64,000 nucleotides of DNA from positions 96,001-160,000 of the forward strand of contig JAHLWS010000070.1 of the NCBI GenBank assembly GCA_019057795.1, read 5' to 3'. Shown here one piece after another: positions 9,174-18,942 of the stretch. A program made the translations under genes and the position numbers. The notes beneath the pieces are model-generated. The model made no database searches and was not told where the DNA came from. It worked only from the letters and a program-made list of their open reading frames with translations. Within the stretch, counting starts at the first letter, position 1. The number at the start of each line of letters is the position of its first letter. The stretch is from Promethearchaeota archaeon (GTDB lineage: Archaea > Asgardarchaeota > Lokiarchaeia > Sigyniarchaeales > SOKP01).

Positions 9174-10211
9174 CTATCTATAAGGAAAAAAAGCAGTAAG
9201 AATATTATCTTTATAATTTGCTTTTATCACTTTAGCCTCAATATATTTTCCGATCAGTGCTTCGGAGAAAACGAGTGGTTTGTTCAATAATATTTTAATT
9301 CCGAGAGAATCGTTGATTTTCCCTATACACTCGTTTTTCCATCTTCCCCCGGAAACGATTTTTAATTTAATAAGGTCATCCTTCTTAAATTCTGATGGGG
9401 AGATTTTTGTTCTTTTATGAATACCAAAGTCTCTAGGTCCAAGTTTTAGTTTTATACCGTACTTTTTTTCTAATTTGGATAAGTGTAAATAAAAATAACC
9501 CCATGATTTCGGTCGAATTTTTTTTAATTTTCTACCTGTTTTGTAAATTAAATATTTTTGGATACCGATTTGAATTTGTTTCTCAGAATAACCTTCGCTT
9601 CTTAAATTAACGATCAACTTAATAATATCTTCTATATCTTTGTCATTTTCTCCTGGAAACCAAACTGGTGCAATTAAAACATGGATTTTAGAATCCAAGA
9701 GGGAATAAATATTATTTAAAAATTTACCAACATTAAATTTAGCACAATTGCATAAATAACAAGCCATTTCCTCCTTTAGGCTATTTAAGCTTACATTGAT
9801 TCGCGTCAGGTTGCTTTTTTTCAATTTATTAATAATATTTTTCGAGAGTAATACTCCATTGCTTTGCATTGAGATAGTTGTTACTCCTTCGATATCTGAG
9901 AGATTCTTTATTAAATTAAATAGTTCCCCGTATAACAACATTTCACCGTAGGGTGCCAGATGAATCTCGATGTTATAATTTCCTTTTATCGCTATGGCTT
10001 CTTTAACTTTATCTATTAAATAATTTGAATCTATTACGAAATTAGTGCTGTAATCGCCAGAACTGACGAAACAATACTTACAACGTAAATTACACTGTGT
10101 TAAGGGTTTAAGTTCAAGAATGTTGGTCCCTCTGTCAATTATCCCTAGAAAATCAACTCCAGCTAGTGGAATTTCCGAAGTTGTATCGATATATTTTATA
10201 TTTTCATTCAT
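9174..10211 (-). CDS. Radical SAM protein (archaeal COG2100-like), C-terminal TRAM/OB-like domain
   Basis: CNLRCKYC motif; GIIDRGTNILE N-terminal signature. Confidence 0.85.
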   Translation of the reverse strand: MNENIKYIDTTSEIPLAGVDFLGIIDRGTNILELKPLTQCNLRCKYCFVSSGDYSTNFVIDSNYLIDKVKEAIAIKGNYNIEIHLAPYGEMLLYGELFNLIKNLSDIEGVTTISMQSNGVLLSKNIINKLKKSNLTRINVSLNSLKEEMACYLCNCAKFNVGKFLNNIYSLLDSKIHVLIAPVWFPGENDKDIEDIIKLIVNLRSEGYSEKQIQIGIQKYLIYKTGRKLKKIRPKSWGYFYLHLSKLEKKYGIKLKLGPRDFGIHKRTKISPSEFKKDDLIKLKIVSGGRWKNECIGKINDSLGIKILLNKPLVFSEALIGKYIEAKVIKANYKDNILTAFFPYR

Positions 10212-10229
10212 TGTCGAAATTTTTCTTAT

Positions 10230-11303
10230 TTACATTTTATACCTTAAAATAGCAATCAGAGATCCTAAATCAATAATCTGTTGTCCTGTCGGGTGTTCAC
10301 TGTTTAGAATATGAACTCTACCACCAATTTTTTCAACTCCATTAATAATACTTTCGATTTTTAATTTTTGTTCTTTTGAGGCACCTCTAATTAAAATATC
10401 AGCACAAAATAATTCCTTTACAGCACCTTTTTCTGTTGCATTTGAAATCTCGTCAAAACCAATAGCAATAATATCTGAGTCTGTACTAAATAATTGTAAT
10501 ATTTCTTCAATTTTTTCTGTTTCCTGTAATATTTTTACATTTTTTTTTAAAATTTTTAACTCTTTTGATTTTAAAGTCTCCAAAATAGCACTTTCAGTTC
10601 CGGAGCTGGCTTGAATGTTATAAATTTTTGGTAGATATGTAGACTGTGTTCTTTCTTTAAGAAATTGATTGAAATGAACCTTTGTACTACCAGGCCCACA
10701 TATAACTAATGTATTTATTTTTGTATTCTTTATATTTTCGTCGATAAGCCTAAGGATATCACTATAAAATTCTTCGTACGCTTTATTTCTATAAGATTGT
10801 TCGTATCTTTTACCAGGAATATTTTTTTTTATAGTAGCTATTCTTTTATGACTGAAATTTGTTATTAGAGAGATTGTAGCTAACCCCGTCTCGATTGCAA
10901 TTATTAACATTATAAAATCAGTTTCGAATCTTGACGATTCCTTAAGACGTTTTATTTCGCTCTTTAACCACTTCTCTTTATTTATTGTTAGTTTTTGGTT
11001 AGGTTCAATATTAAAAGTGTGATATGTTCCAAAAGTTACTAAATCCTCCGGACCCTCTATAATAGTACCTTTTACTCTTAATCTATTTGAAAATTCATGA
11101 AAAGCGACAGATTCAACTTTTAATTTCAAGTACATTGGTTTTCTTTCTCCTTTAGAACCTTCCTTTAAAACAACTCTTCTATATGTTCGTGCTAAAATTT
11201 TATCATTTTTAGCTATTATGTTATAGAGAGTCCATAGATCGTTTAAGATCTCTGTTTTAACTGTAATAACTTCCTTCTTTTTATCTATTTCCAGAATTTT
11301 CAT
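10230..11303 (-). CDS. pelA: mRNA surveillance/ribosome rescue protein pelota
   Basis: DLWTLYNII, FHEFSNRLRVKG, GTYHT, IPGK, G.LIAILRY motifs. Confidence 0.95.
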   Translation of the reverse strand: MKILEIDKKKEVITVKTEILNDLWTLYNIIAKNDKILARTYRRVVLKEGSKGERKPMYLKLKVESVAFHEFSNRLRVKGTIIEGPEDLVTFGTYHTFNIEPNQKLTINKEKWLKSEIKRLKESSRFETDFIMLIIAIETGLATISLITNFSHKRIATIKKNIPGKRYEQSYRNKAYEEFYSDILRLIDENIKNTKINTLVICGPGSTKVHFNQFLKERTQSTYLPKIYNIQASSGTESAILETLKSKELKILKKNVKILQETEKIEEILQLFSTDSDIIAIGFDEISNATEKGAVKELFCADILIRGASKEQKLKIESIINGVEKIGGRVHILNSEHPTGQQIIDLGSLIAILRYKM

Positions 11304-11443
11304 TTAAATTATCAAACTCCAAATTATAAATTTAAGATATATAATTAAGTATAGTATAAATCTAAAGACTAACTATCTAAGGTTTGATATATTAGACAAA
11401 ATAAAGAAAAAAATAATAAAATACGACAAAGACAAAAAATTTA

Positions 11444-11596
11444 TTATTTTGCTCCTAAGGCTTCTTTGACCTTTTCTAATTCTTCCATTCGTTTCTTTTT
11501 CTCTTCTTCACGTTTTTTGAGGTCTTCTTCGTCAACCTTTTGGAGCGAAACACCTTTTTTGATTTCTTCTTTTAGTTCTTTACCTACGGGCGTCAT
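11444..11596 (-). CDS. 50-aa microprotein with WH2-like motif and charged helix
   Basis: MTPVGKELKEEIKKGVSLQKVDEEDLKKREEEKKKRMEELEKVKEALGAK*. ATG start, tandem TAA TAA stops, purine-rich coding bias, fills the intergenic gap; below the ORF-track cutoff. Confidence 0.75.
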   Translation of the reverse strand: MTPVGKELKEEIKKGVSLQKVDEEDLKKREEEKKKRMEELEKVKEALGAK

Positions 11597-11704
11597 TGTT
11601 ACTCAACACTTTTTATTTTATTCTCTTTTTTGGGTACAATTACAATACTTTTTATGCACAAATTATGATAGAATTTATTTATAAGTCTTGGTTTTTAGAT
11701 AATG

Positions 11705-12151
11705 TTAAATCTTCAAAATCATTAAATAAGCGCTTTTCTGTTGTCGGTAATAGTTCTCTATTTTCTGTCCAATTTGGAACCCAAATTTTTGATACAACCA
11801 AATGGCAACTTTATTTTTAGAGTTCACATTTAAAACTATTACTTCAATATTGTTCATTTCTTTTATTTTGTTTAAAGTATATTTTAATAGATGAGATCCA
11901 TATCCTTTATTCTGATATTGTTTACTAATAAGCAAATTAATTAAATTTACTCTACCTTCTCGATCTTGAATAACAATAATGAATCCAACAATTTCATTTG
12001 AACCATCATCATTTATCAACTTAAAAAAGAAAGTGTTATTTACGATAAGATTGAGAATTGAATTTTTAGAAAAAGCATCTTTCTTGAAAGTATTACTTTC
12101 CAATTTGAATATTTCATCTAAATCCTTAAGACTAACAGTGTTTATTCTCAT
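11705..12151 (-). CDS. rimI: GNAT N-acetyltransferase, RimI/Ard1 family
   Basis: YQNKGYGS acetyl-CoA motif, LNV..N..A..LY.KFGF, NYY. Confidence 0.85.
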   Translation of the reverse strand: MRINTVSLKDLDEIFKLESNTFKKDAFSKNSILNLIVNNTFFFKLINDDGSNEIVGFIIVIQDREGRVNLINLLISKQYQNKGYGSHLLKYTLNKIKEMNNIEVIVLNVNSKNKVAIWLYQKFGFQIGQKIENYYRQQKSAYLMILKI

Positions 12152-13292
12152 TAAACCCCAACTCTTCTTTAAATACCTTGATTGGTGTTTTTTCCGTTAT
12201 TTGTTGATATTGCTCTTCTCGAAATGGTGTTATTTCTACGATATGTCCTTTTAAATTATTTTGATCAATTAATTTTACCAAATCCTCCTCGATCGCGAAT
12301 GATAAAGGCAATTTTATATTTAACCCATCATAAGATAGAAACTTACGAGGAACTTTTAATTGATTTAATAAAATATTCTTAAACTCTTTTATTCTTATTT
12401 TATCACCTTCTATTTGAGCGAATATTAACAAACCATCCTCATTTATTTCCTCATAAGGTAATTTTATAGTTTTTGCACGCCTTAAGTACCTTTCCCTCAA
12501 TTGCCAATAATCCTTGGCAATAATCGTACAAAAATGAATTTTTATCTTAACTTTTGGAGCGATTTTTTTTATTAAAGTAATTGCAGTTTCATTACTATAC
12601 TCTACAGAAGCTATTGTACCTTCTTTCAATTTAAAACCGCGTTCTTTTAAGCTTTGGCTATTTGGTGAACAATACTCAAATTCGTTCAAATTGATAAAAT
12701 CTGCACCTATTTCATCTAAATAAAATATCAATTCTTCAAGATTTTCAATATATTCCTTTTCTGGAATTACCGGAACCTCAGCGCCTACAGACATACCCTT
12801 ATCCAATGCGTATTTTATAACATTCCAATTTTCTTTTGGTGGGTTGAATCTAATTTCGTCTAACCCTGCTCGAGCAAGACTAATTGCTTTTGATTCGTTA
12901 AAATTAAGACCATTTGTATAAAGATGAACATGAAATTTTTTCCCTTTTTGTGTCTTAACAAATTTAATAAATTCTAAAGTGTTTTCGAAGTTGGGCTCAA
13001 ATAAGGGATCTCCTCCCGTGATACTCATCCCTTTTGCTTTAATTTTGTTAAGCTCGTCTAATAACTGCTCTTTAGAATTAATTTGAATTTCGTTAGCATA
13101 AGTTAATTTTTTATTTTTTCTCTTTTCAGATATCGGACAATACCACCAACAATGTTTTGGATTCTGACAGATTCCGTTTAGAAATAACACGGCTTTTGTG
13201 CCATTTAAACAGTGCTGACACCCTTTGGGAATTCCCCTACTCTTTACGAAAAATGTATGTGATTTAGATTCTACTATTTTAGACTCGTTCAT
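12132..13292 (-). CDS. Radical SAM protein (COG2108-like)
   Basis: PKGCQHC..G.K, CQNPKHCWWYCP, SITGGDP, HLYTNG, GLDEIRF. Confidence 0.85.
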   Translation of the reverse strand: MNESKIVESKSHTFFVKSRGIPKGCQHCLNGTKAVLFLNGICQNPKHCWWYCPISEKRKNKKLTYANEIQINSKEQLLDELNKIKAKGMSITGGDPLFEPNFENTLEFIKFVKTQKGKKFHVHLYTNGLNFNESKAISLARAGLDEIRFNPPKENWNVIKYALDKGMSVGAEVPVIPEKEYIENLEELIFYLDEIGADFINLNEFEYCSPNSQSLKERGFKLKEGTIASVEYSNETAITLIKKIAPKVKIKIHFCTIIAKDYWQLRERYLRRAKTIKLPYEEINEDGLLIFAQIEGDKIRIKEFKNILLNQLKVPRKFLSYDGLNIKLPLSFAIEEDLVKLIDQNNLKGHIVEITPFREEQYQQITEKTPIKVFKEELGFNENKHC

Positions 13293-13996
13293 TTTTGAAA
13301 TAACTTCTTTCTCACAAAGGATTTTTTGTTTGCAAGTTTTTTTAGTACCACTTCGGTAGATTCGTTAAGATCAAGTGACCTTTTTAGAAATACACCAGTT
13401 CTACCGTGTTTTTCTCTTTTTAAAAGAACTCTTTTTCGTTCATTAATTAAATCAATACTTACATTCACTTGTTTTGCTACCAAATGTTCGTTTCCAATTA
13501 TTGAATATTCTTCATGGCCTTCTAAGGTAGGTTTAATTAATACTAATCTCTTGTCTATTCCAGGGACTCTGAGATTATCTTCTAATTGGTTTAAATTGAC
13601 CTTTCCTCCAAAATCATAAAATTCCTCTGATTTTTTATCAAACTTAGATAATGGAATAGTAATACTCTCTAACTCGTTTAAATATATGTACAATTTTAAT
13701 GTATCCGTTGGTGTTGCCATTAAAATTTCTCTAAAGTAATTGTTGATACCATATTTCTCAAGAATAATTTCTATTTGATAAGATGGTATTAATTGCAAAA
13801 AGATAATATCAATATCACTATCCCTATGAACATCCCCACGAGCCACGCTTCCGTAGATAAACGGGTTTAAACCTTCTTTAGCAAACATCTCCAATAATTC
13901 TATGGAACGAGTTCTTTTTTGGTTTAAGAGTTTAAAATGATCTCTAGGGTATACTACGGTATTATAATAATCTCTTAAAATAGTATATTTTTTCAT
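13289..13996 (-). CDS. Nucleotidyltransferase (COG2413-like)
   Basis: YGSVARGDV..SDIDI; RVPGIDKRL; GRTGVF. Confidence 0.85.
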   Translation of the reverse strand: MKKYTILRDYYNTVVYPRDHFKLLNQKRTRSIELLEMFAKEGLNPFIYGSVARGDVHRDSDIDIIFLQLIPSYQIEIILEKYGINNYFREILMATPTDTLKLYIYLNELESITIPLSKFDKKSEEFYDFGGKVNLNQLEDNLRVPGIDKRLVLIKPTLEGHEEYSIIGNEHLVAKQVNVSIDLINERKRVLLKREKHGRTGVFLKRSLDLNESTEVVLKKLANKKSFVRKKLFQK

Positions 13997-14012
13997 CAGA
14001 AATTATTCTTTT

Positions 14013-14840
14013 TTATCTAATTTTATTTTCGATATTTTTTATTATTATGCTTAAAAGTACCGTTTCGTAATATTTGAATGTGCTTTTTGCTTTTTGAATG
14101 GTATGATATTTGAATTTATTTGAATTTTTCAGGGTTTTATCGCTTAAAATCTTCTTGTCTGAATTCCTATTTTTAAGAAATGGATTTAAACGCCCACTAA
14201 AAATAATAAATAACTGAAACTGTGGATTTGAAACGGTTTCTAAAGTTTGTATAATTTTAAGATTGGCCAAATTTAACCGTGGATTAATTGAAATTAGTTT
14301 AGCACTGTTGAAATTTTTTGTAATAATATTATAGGGAAAAAAAAATTTATCAAAATTCATGACAACATATCTCTGACTCAATAAATGAAGATCTTGATTA
14401 TAAATCGAGAGAAATGAGGGTAAAATTTGTTGGATTTCTCTTTCAATATCTTTAATCGTTTTACTTTTTCCTTTATCAGCTTTTATTTTAAGCCAAATGT
14501 TAACTACATTAAAACCATAAGTGCTTAAACCTTCCGTCAATATTTTCAATAACATTTGTTTTCTATGCGTTCTCATTATAAAAATTGATGGTTTAGACGA
14601 GATTTCTTCTTGAATTACTTTGGATTTAGTCAAATTCCACTTTTTTAAGTAAATTGAGGGTCGATCTAAGTTAAAACTTAGAGCCTTAGTCGTTGTTCGC
14701 GTCAAAAATTCGTTTGACAAAGAAAACCTCCATCTATACGCTTCTTTAAATATTTTTACGCTGATTAGAAGTAAAATTAGCAAAATTATTATGATAGTAT
14801 CAACTAAAATCCAATCCACTCGAAAGATATCGAAGGCCAT
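14013..14840 (-). CDS. Hypothetical protein with N-terminal membrane anchor
   Basis: Hydrophobic segment at residues ~10-30. Confidence 0.7.
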   Translation of the reverse strand: MAFDIFRVDWILVDTIIIILLILLLISVKIFKEAYRWRFSLSNEFLTRTTTKALSFNLDRPSIYLKKWNLTKSKVIQEEISSKPSIFIMRTHRKQMLLKILTEGLSTYGFNVVNIWLKIKADKGKSKTIKDIEREIQQILPSFLSIYNQDLHLLSQRYVVMNFDKFFFPYNIITKNFNSAKLISINPRLNLANLKIIQTLETVSNPQFQLFIIFSGRLNPFLKNRNSDKKILSDKTLKNSNKFKYHTIQKAKSTFKYYETVLLSIIIKNIENKIR

Positions 14841-14863
14841 AATATTTATACAACATTTTTTAA

Positions 14864-15178
14864 TTAATCTACAACTTCACTAATCCAATTTAAATATGTT
14901 TCAGAACCCTTAATAATCTTCAAACCAATGCATTCCGGTTCAGAATATGAATGAAGCTCTTTAACTTTCTGAATTATTAATTCTCCTTTACTTTCCTTTG
15001 TTTTAATTATTAATAGATGTTCGTTGTCCTCTTCAATGTTTCCTTTCCACCAATAAATTGATTGTATATTTTGAATTATGTTTACGCATGCGGCTAGCTT
15101 GCTTTCAACCAAAACTCTTGCTATTTTTTTACCTTCTTCAATATTTGGAACCGTAACTAAAAAAACATAAAAATTCAT
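14864..15178 (-). CDS. cutA: Divalent-cation tolerance protein CutA
   Basis: LAACVN, SIYWWKG, LLIIKT, HSY.EPE, YLNW. Confidence 0.95.
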   Translation of the reverse strand: MNFYVFLVTVPNIEEGKKIARVLVESKLAACVNIIQNIQSIYWWKGNIEEDNEHLLIIKTKESKGELIIQKVKELHSYSEPECIGLKIIKGSETYLNWISEVVD

Positions 15179-15420
15179 TTTAATCCCTTAGTTGTTATAT
15201 CTAATAATTTATAATGTACATCTTAATTTCAATTTATTTAAGAAATTAACGCCATTAGAAAATTGATTTATTCTGAAGTATTTAAATACATTATTTAATA
15301 TACATTATAAATGATAATCTCTCTTTTTTTTTGATTTTAAAACCGGTTTTACAAAAAATGAAGATATAAATTATTAAAATTTATATAATAATAAAAAAAA
15401 AATTATTATACTTTGAGGAG

Positions 15421-16152
15421 TTGATTATTATTCTTCACAATGTTTACCTAATATCAAATTTTACGGGCATTTGTTTAGTTCATAGGAAGTATGGTACTAT
15501 AGAGTTTAACCAAGATTTAGTATCTGGTTTTTTAACAGCATTAAAAGATTTTTCAGTGGAGTTCTCGAAAGGATCGGGCGAATTGAAAATCATTGATATG
15601 CAAATATTTTATCTCCTTCTTGTTTTTAAGGAAGGAATCCTGTGCACAGCAGCAGCTGATAAAAATGATGATGCTAAAATCACCCATAAAGTTCTTAGTG
15701 AGATTATCGATAAATTCCTGGAAAAGTATGGAAACCTAATGGACTGGTCAGGAGATGTTAGGATGTTCAAAGGTTTTGATAATGTTATGGATGTTATGCT
15801 AAAGGACGGTCATGTGGCAGAAATTCCCTTAAAGATTCCCATCTTGAAGATATTTGAGAAAGATTTTGTAAAATCACGGAAGCAGATCGCTAAAAAAGGA
15901 CTAGTATTGTCAGAAGAGGATTTAAGGGACGCTCAGAACCAGAAACCAAAGTGGACATCAAAGCGACTTCCCCACCAAGTAATTGCACAAGGATTTCTTG
16001 ACAAAAAGGTCTACAAGATTGCTCATTTAGCCGATGGCTTTCACACTATTTCGGATATCGCGGAGGAAGCAGGGGTACCACAATCAGAGATAAATGTAAT
16101 GATCGATGATCTGGACGATTTAGGGCTTTTAAAGTTTATCGATATTAAATAA
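15421..16152 (+). CDS. Longin-like domain protein with C-terminal winged helix
   Basis: G.CL..R.Y, DLVSGFLTAL..F, F.EKY longin pattern; C-terminal DG..TISDIAEE...L.DLGL HTH. Confidence 0.7.
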   Translation: MIIILHNVYLISNFTGICLVHRKYGTIEFNQDLVSGFLTALKDFSVEFSKGSGELKIIDMQIFYLLLVFKEGILCTAAADKNDDAKITHKVLSEIIDKFLEKYGNLMDWSGDVRMFKGFDNVMDVMLKDGHVAEIPLKIPILKIFEKDFVKSRKQIAKKGLVLSEEDLRDAQNQKPKWTSKRLPHQVIAQGFLDKKVYKIAHLADGFHTISDIAEEAGVPQSEINVMIDDLDDLGLLKFIDIK

Positions 16153-16322
16153 GCAGTATTGTTTTTCTTTTAATCTAATTTCAGGAAAGAAGAAATTGGG
16201 TTTAATTTTAAATTCCTTATCATATTTAAAAAAAAACTTCGATAAGAATTTTTAAACTATATCTTGTTTTTAAAAGTCGTAAACATAAAATTTATGAAAA
16301 TAATTTCACTTATTTAGTTAGT

Positions 16323-17795
16323 ATGAATGTGATTAAGATTGATGAGAACATTTACGAAATACCGCCAAAAACTTTAATGGCGCGTGTAGAAGGCAAAATC
16401 GCGAAGTTTCAAATGAAAGTGCCGGTACATATTTATGCGAACGAGTACATATTGGAAAAGATCAAGAACGACAGAACGCTTGATCAGATTAGCAACGTCG
16501 CTTGCCTTCCAGGAATACAGAAGCATGCAATTGCGCTCTCCGATGCCCATCAAGGATATGGATTTTGTATAGGCGGCGTTGCTGGAACTGACGCCGATTC
16601 GGGTATGATTTCGCCTGGGGGTGTAGGGTACGACATAAATTGCGGCGTAAATTTGTTGAAAACATCATTAAACCTTAAAGACATCAATAGCTCAATTCCC
16701 AGTTTATTAAACGTTATTTTTAAGAATATACCATCAGGTTTAGGAAGTAAAGGTAAATTAAATATAAGTTATTCAGATTTAGATAATGTATTAGATAATG
16801 GTTTGAATTGGGCTTTAGACAATGGTTATGCGATCGAAGAGGATTTAGTACACTGTGAAGAAAACGGTTTTTTAAAGGATGCTAATTCAAAAATGGTTTC
16901 TCAGAAAGCTAAGCAGAGGGGGTTAAAGCAACTTGGTTCTTTAGGAAGTGGTAATCATTTTATAGAAATCCAGAAGGTTGATAAAATCTACAACGATTCT
17001 ATCGCAAAAAAATTAGGAATTTTTGATAAGGATCAAATAACAGTTATGGTTCATACAGGGTCGCGAGCTCTTGGCCATCAAGTATGCACAGATTCCTTAC
17101 GAAATGTCGAACAGGCAATGAAAAAATACAATATCAAAGTTCCTGATCGAGAATTAGCATGTGTACCAGCTGATACTCCCGAAGCACAAAATTACTTAAG
17201 TAGCATGGCGTGTGCTGCAAATTTTGGGTTCAACAACCGTCAATTAATTACCCATTGGTTAAGACAATCTTTTCAAGATTATTTGAGAAAGAGTTTAGAC
17301 GAGCTAGACTTTAAATTAATCTATGGTGTATGTCATAATATTTTAAAAATAGAGGAACACGAAGTTAATGGCAAAAAAATGAAATTAAATGTTCATAGGA
17401 AAGGAGCAACCAGAGCGTTTCCACCAGGACACCAAGATATACCGCAAGACTATAAAAGTATTGGTCAACCCGCTTTGATTCCGGGTACAATGGGATCAGC
17501 TTCCTACTTATGCGTTGGAAGGCCAAAAGCGATGGATCTCTCCTTTGGATCCACCGCTCATGGATCTGGTAGAGTAATGTCAAGATCTAAAGCTAAAAAA
17601 TTATATTGGGGTTCTCAAGTCAAAGAAGATTTAAAAAATAGAGGAATAATTGTAAAAGCTGCTTCACCTAAAATAATTGCCGAGGAAGCTCCAGGAGCAT
17701 ACAAAGATATAGATCAAGTAGTACAAGTAAGTCACGATCTTGGAATCGTAGAAAAAATTGTAAGGTTAGTTCCCATAGGGGTTGTAAAAGGTTAA
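16323..17795 (+). CDS. rtcB: RNA-splicing ligase RtcB
   Basis: DAHQGYGF, GYDINCG, GSGNHF, HTGSR, HRKGAT, HGSGR, EEAPGAYK. Confidence 0.97.
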   Translation: MNVIKIDENIYEIPPKTLMARVEGKIAKFQMKVPVHIYANEYILEKIKNDRTLDQISNVACLPGIQKHAIALSDAHQGYGFCIGGVAGTDADSGMISPGGVGYDINCGVNLLKTSLNLKDINSSIPSLLNVIFKNIPSGLGSKGKLNISYSDLDNVLDNGLNWALDNGYAIEEDLVHCEENGFLKDANSKMVSQKAKQRGLKQLGSLGSGNHFIEIQKVDKIYNDSIAKKLGIFDKDQITVMVHTGSRALGHQVCTDSLRNVEQAMKKYNIKVPDRELACVPADTPEAQNYLSSMACAANFGFNNRQLITHWLRQSFQDYLRKSLDELDFKLIYGVCHNILKIEEHEVNGKKMKLNVHRKGATRAFPPGHQDIPQDYKSIGQPALIPGTMGSASYLCVGRPKAMDLSFGSTAHGSGRVMSRSKAKKLYWGSQVKEDLKNRGIIVKAASPKIIAEEAPGAYKDIDQVVQVSHDLGIVEKIVRLVPIGVVKG

Positions 17796-17862
17796 GTTTT
17801 TATTCTATTTATTTTCAGAATAAAATTTTAAATTATATCATTATTCAAAAATCATTTTAAAG

Positions 17863-18300
17863 TTAAATATCAAATACTATATCAATTATGGTGCTTTTGC
17901 GTTTTTCTTCTATATTCATAAAGGAATAAGTTATAGCCTTAACTTCAATTCCTATTTCGTGCTTATCCGAATCGAATTTTTCACCTTTTAGAATAGCCTG
18001 CAACTTGTAATTATCATTGAATTTTTCAATTTTACTTACATAAATTTGACTAAAAACAAGCTCATCTACATCAAAAATATACAAAAATTCAGAGAGAAAA
18101 TCAAATAGAAGGGCTTCTTTATCCTCAGCCTTAATTGTTATTTTTTTTTCGATTTTAGGAGTTATTTTTTTTAAGTCTGGCGTTATTGTTGCCATTAAAC
18201 TATAAGCGGTTTGCGTAAAGGCTTCTTCTAATGATGGTCCCCAACTTCTTACCTGAACATCGGCAGTATGCTCTCTAAACTCAAATCCGGGTTTTTTCAT
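17863..18300 (-). CDS. Archease (RtcB cofactor)
   Basis: EHTADV, EVKAITY, C-terminal FDI; convergent with rtcB. Confidence 0.95.
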   Translation of the reverse strand: MKKPGFEFREHTADVQVRSWGPSLEEAFTQTAYSLMATITPDLKKITPKIEKKITIKAEDKEALLFDFLSEFLYIFDVDELVFSQIYVSKIEKFNDNYKLQAILKGEKFDSDKHEIGIEVKAITYSFMNIEEKRKSTIIDIVFDI

Positions 18301-18420
18301 ACTAATAAGATTATTTTCAGTATAGATTTACTATAAATAGTCTCGTTTAAAAATAAACCTTTTGTTGTTTGATTTAATTTTCCTAGGAGTTTAAAATAAT
18401 AGGTCTGAAATTGTAATTAT

Positions 18421-18936
18421 ATGTTGAGTACAATTCAAAGTATGTTTATTGATAACTTACTTCTTTATCAAAAATTAGATATGAAAAAAATATTTTCTAA
18501 CAAAGAACTTTTGCTCTTTCACTTCTTCCATGATATAACCAAGATATTTCCCCAAAACATTATTATCGTTAAAGATATTATGTTTTTCTTCCTTGATAAC
18601 CAAAATTATTTTGAAGCGAAAATGAAATTGCCATATCTTAGAAAGAAATTTCAGCACAGAAGAATTGTGCTTGTTCGGGAAGAAAATGTATTAATTAATT
18701 TGATTTATGGTTTTTTTCCTGATCCATATATTCATAAATTAAGAATAGAAAGAAATATTTATTCTGGAAAAATAGAAATTATTGTGGGGTTTCTCTCTTA
18801 CGAAGAACGAGGAATTGCAGTAGGTTGTAATGGCGATTATATTAAAGCTGTGAACGAAATCTTCGATACTCAGATTAAGTTTGGGGAATATCAAGGATTT
18901 CCGGTAAGAATAAAATGTGAAGTAGTAAAATTGTAA
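18421..18936 (+). CDS. Divergent NusA-like KH-domain protein
   Basis: ERGIAVGCNG.YIK KH motif; size matches archaeal NusA. Confidence 0.6.
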   Translation: MLSTIQSMFIDNLLLYQKLDMKKIFSNKELLLFHFFHDITKIFPQNIIIVKDIMFFFLDNQNYFEAKMKLPYLRKKFQHRRIVLVREENVLINLIYGFFPDPYIHKLRIERNIYSGKIEIIVGFLSYEERGIAVGCNGDYIKAVNEIFDTQIKFGEYQGFPVRIKCEVVKL

Positions 18937-18942
18937 ATAAAA

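Noticed and set aside
11466-11820. Plus-strand ORFs 11466-11684 and 11596-11820, and other short antisense ORFs across the window
   Set aside because: Ser/Phe-rich shadows of real genes on the opposite strand.
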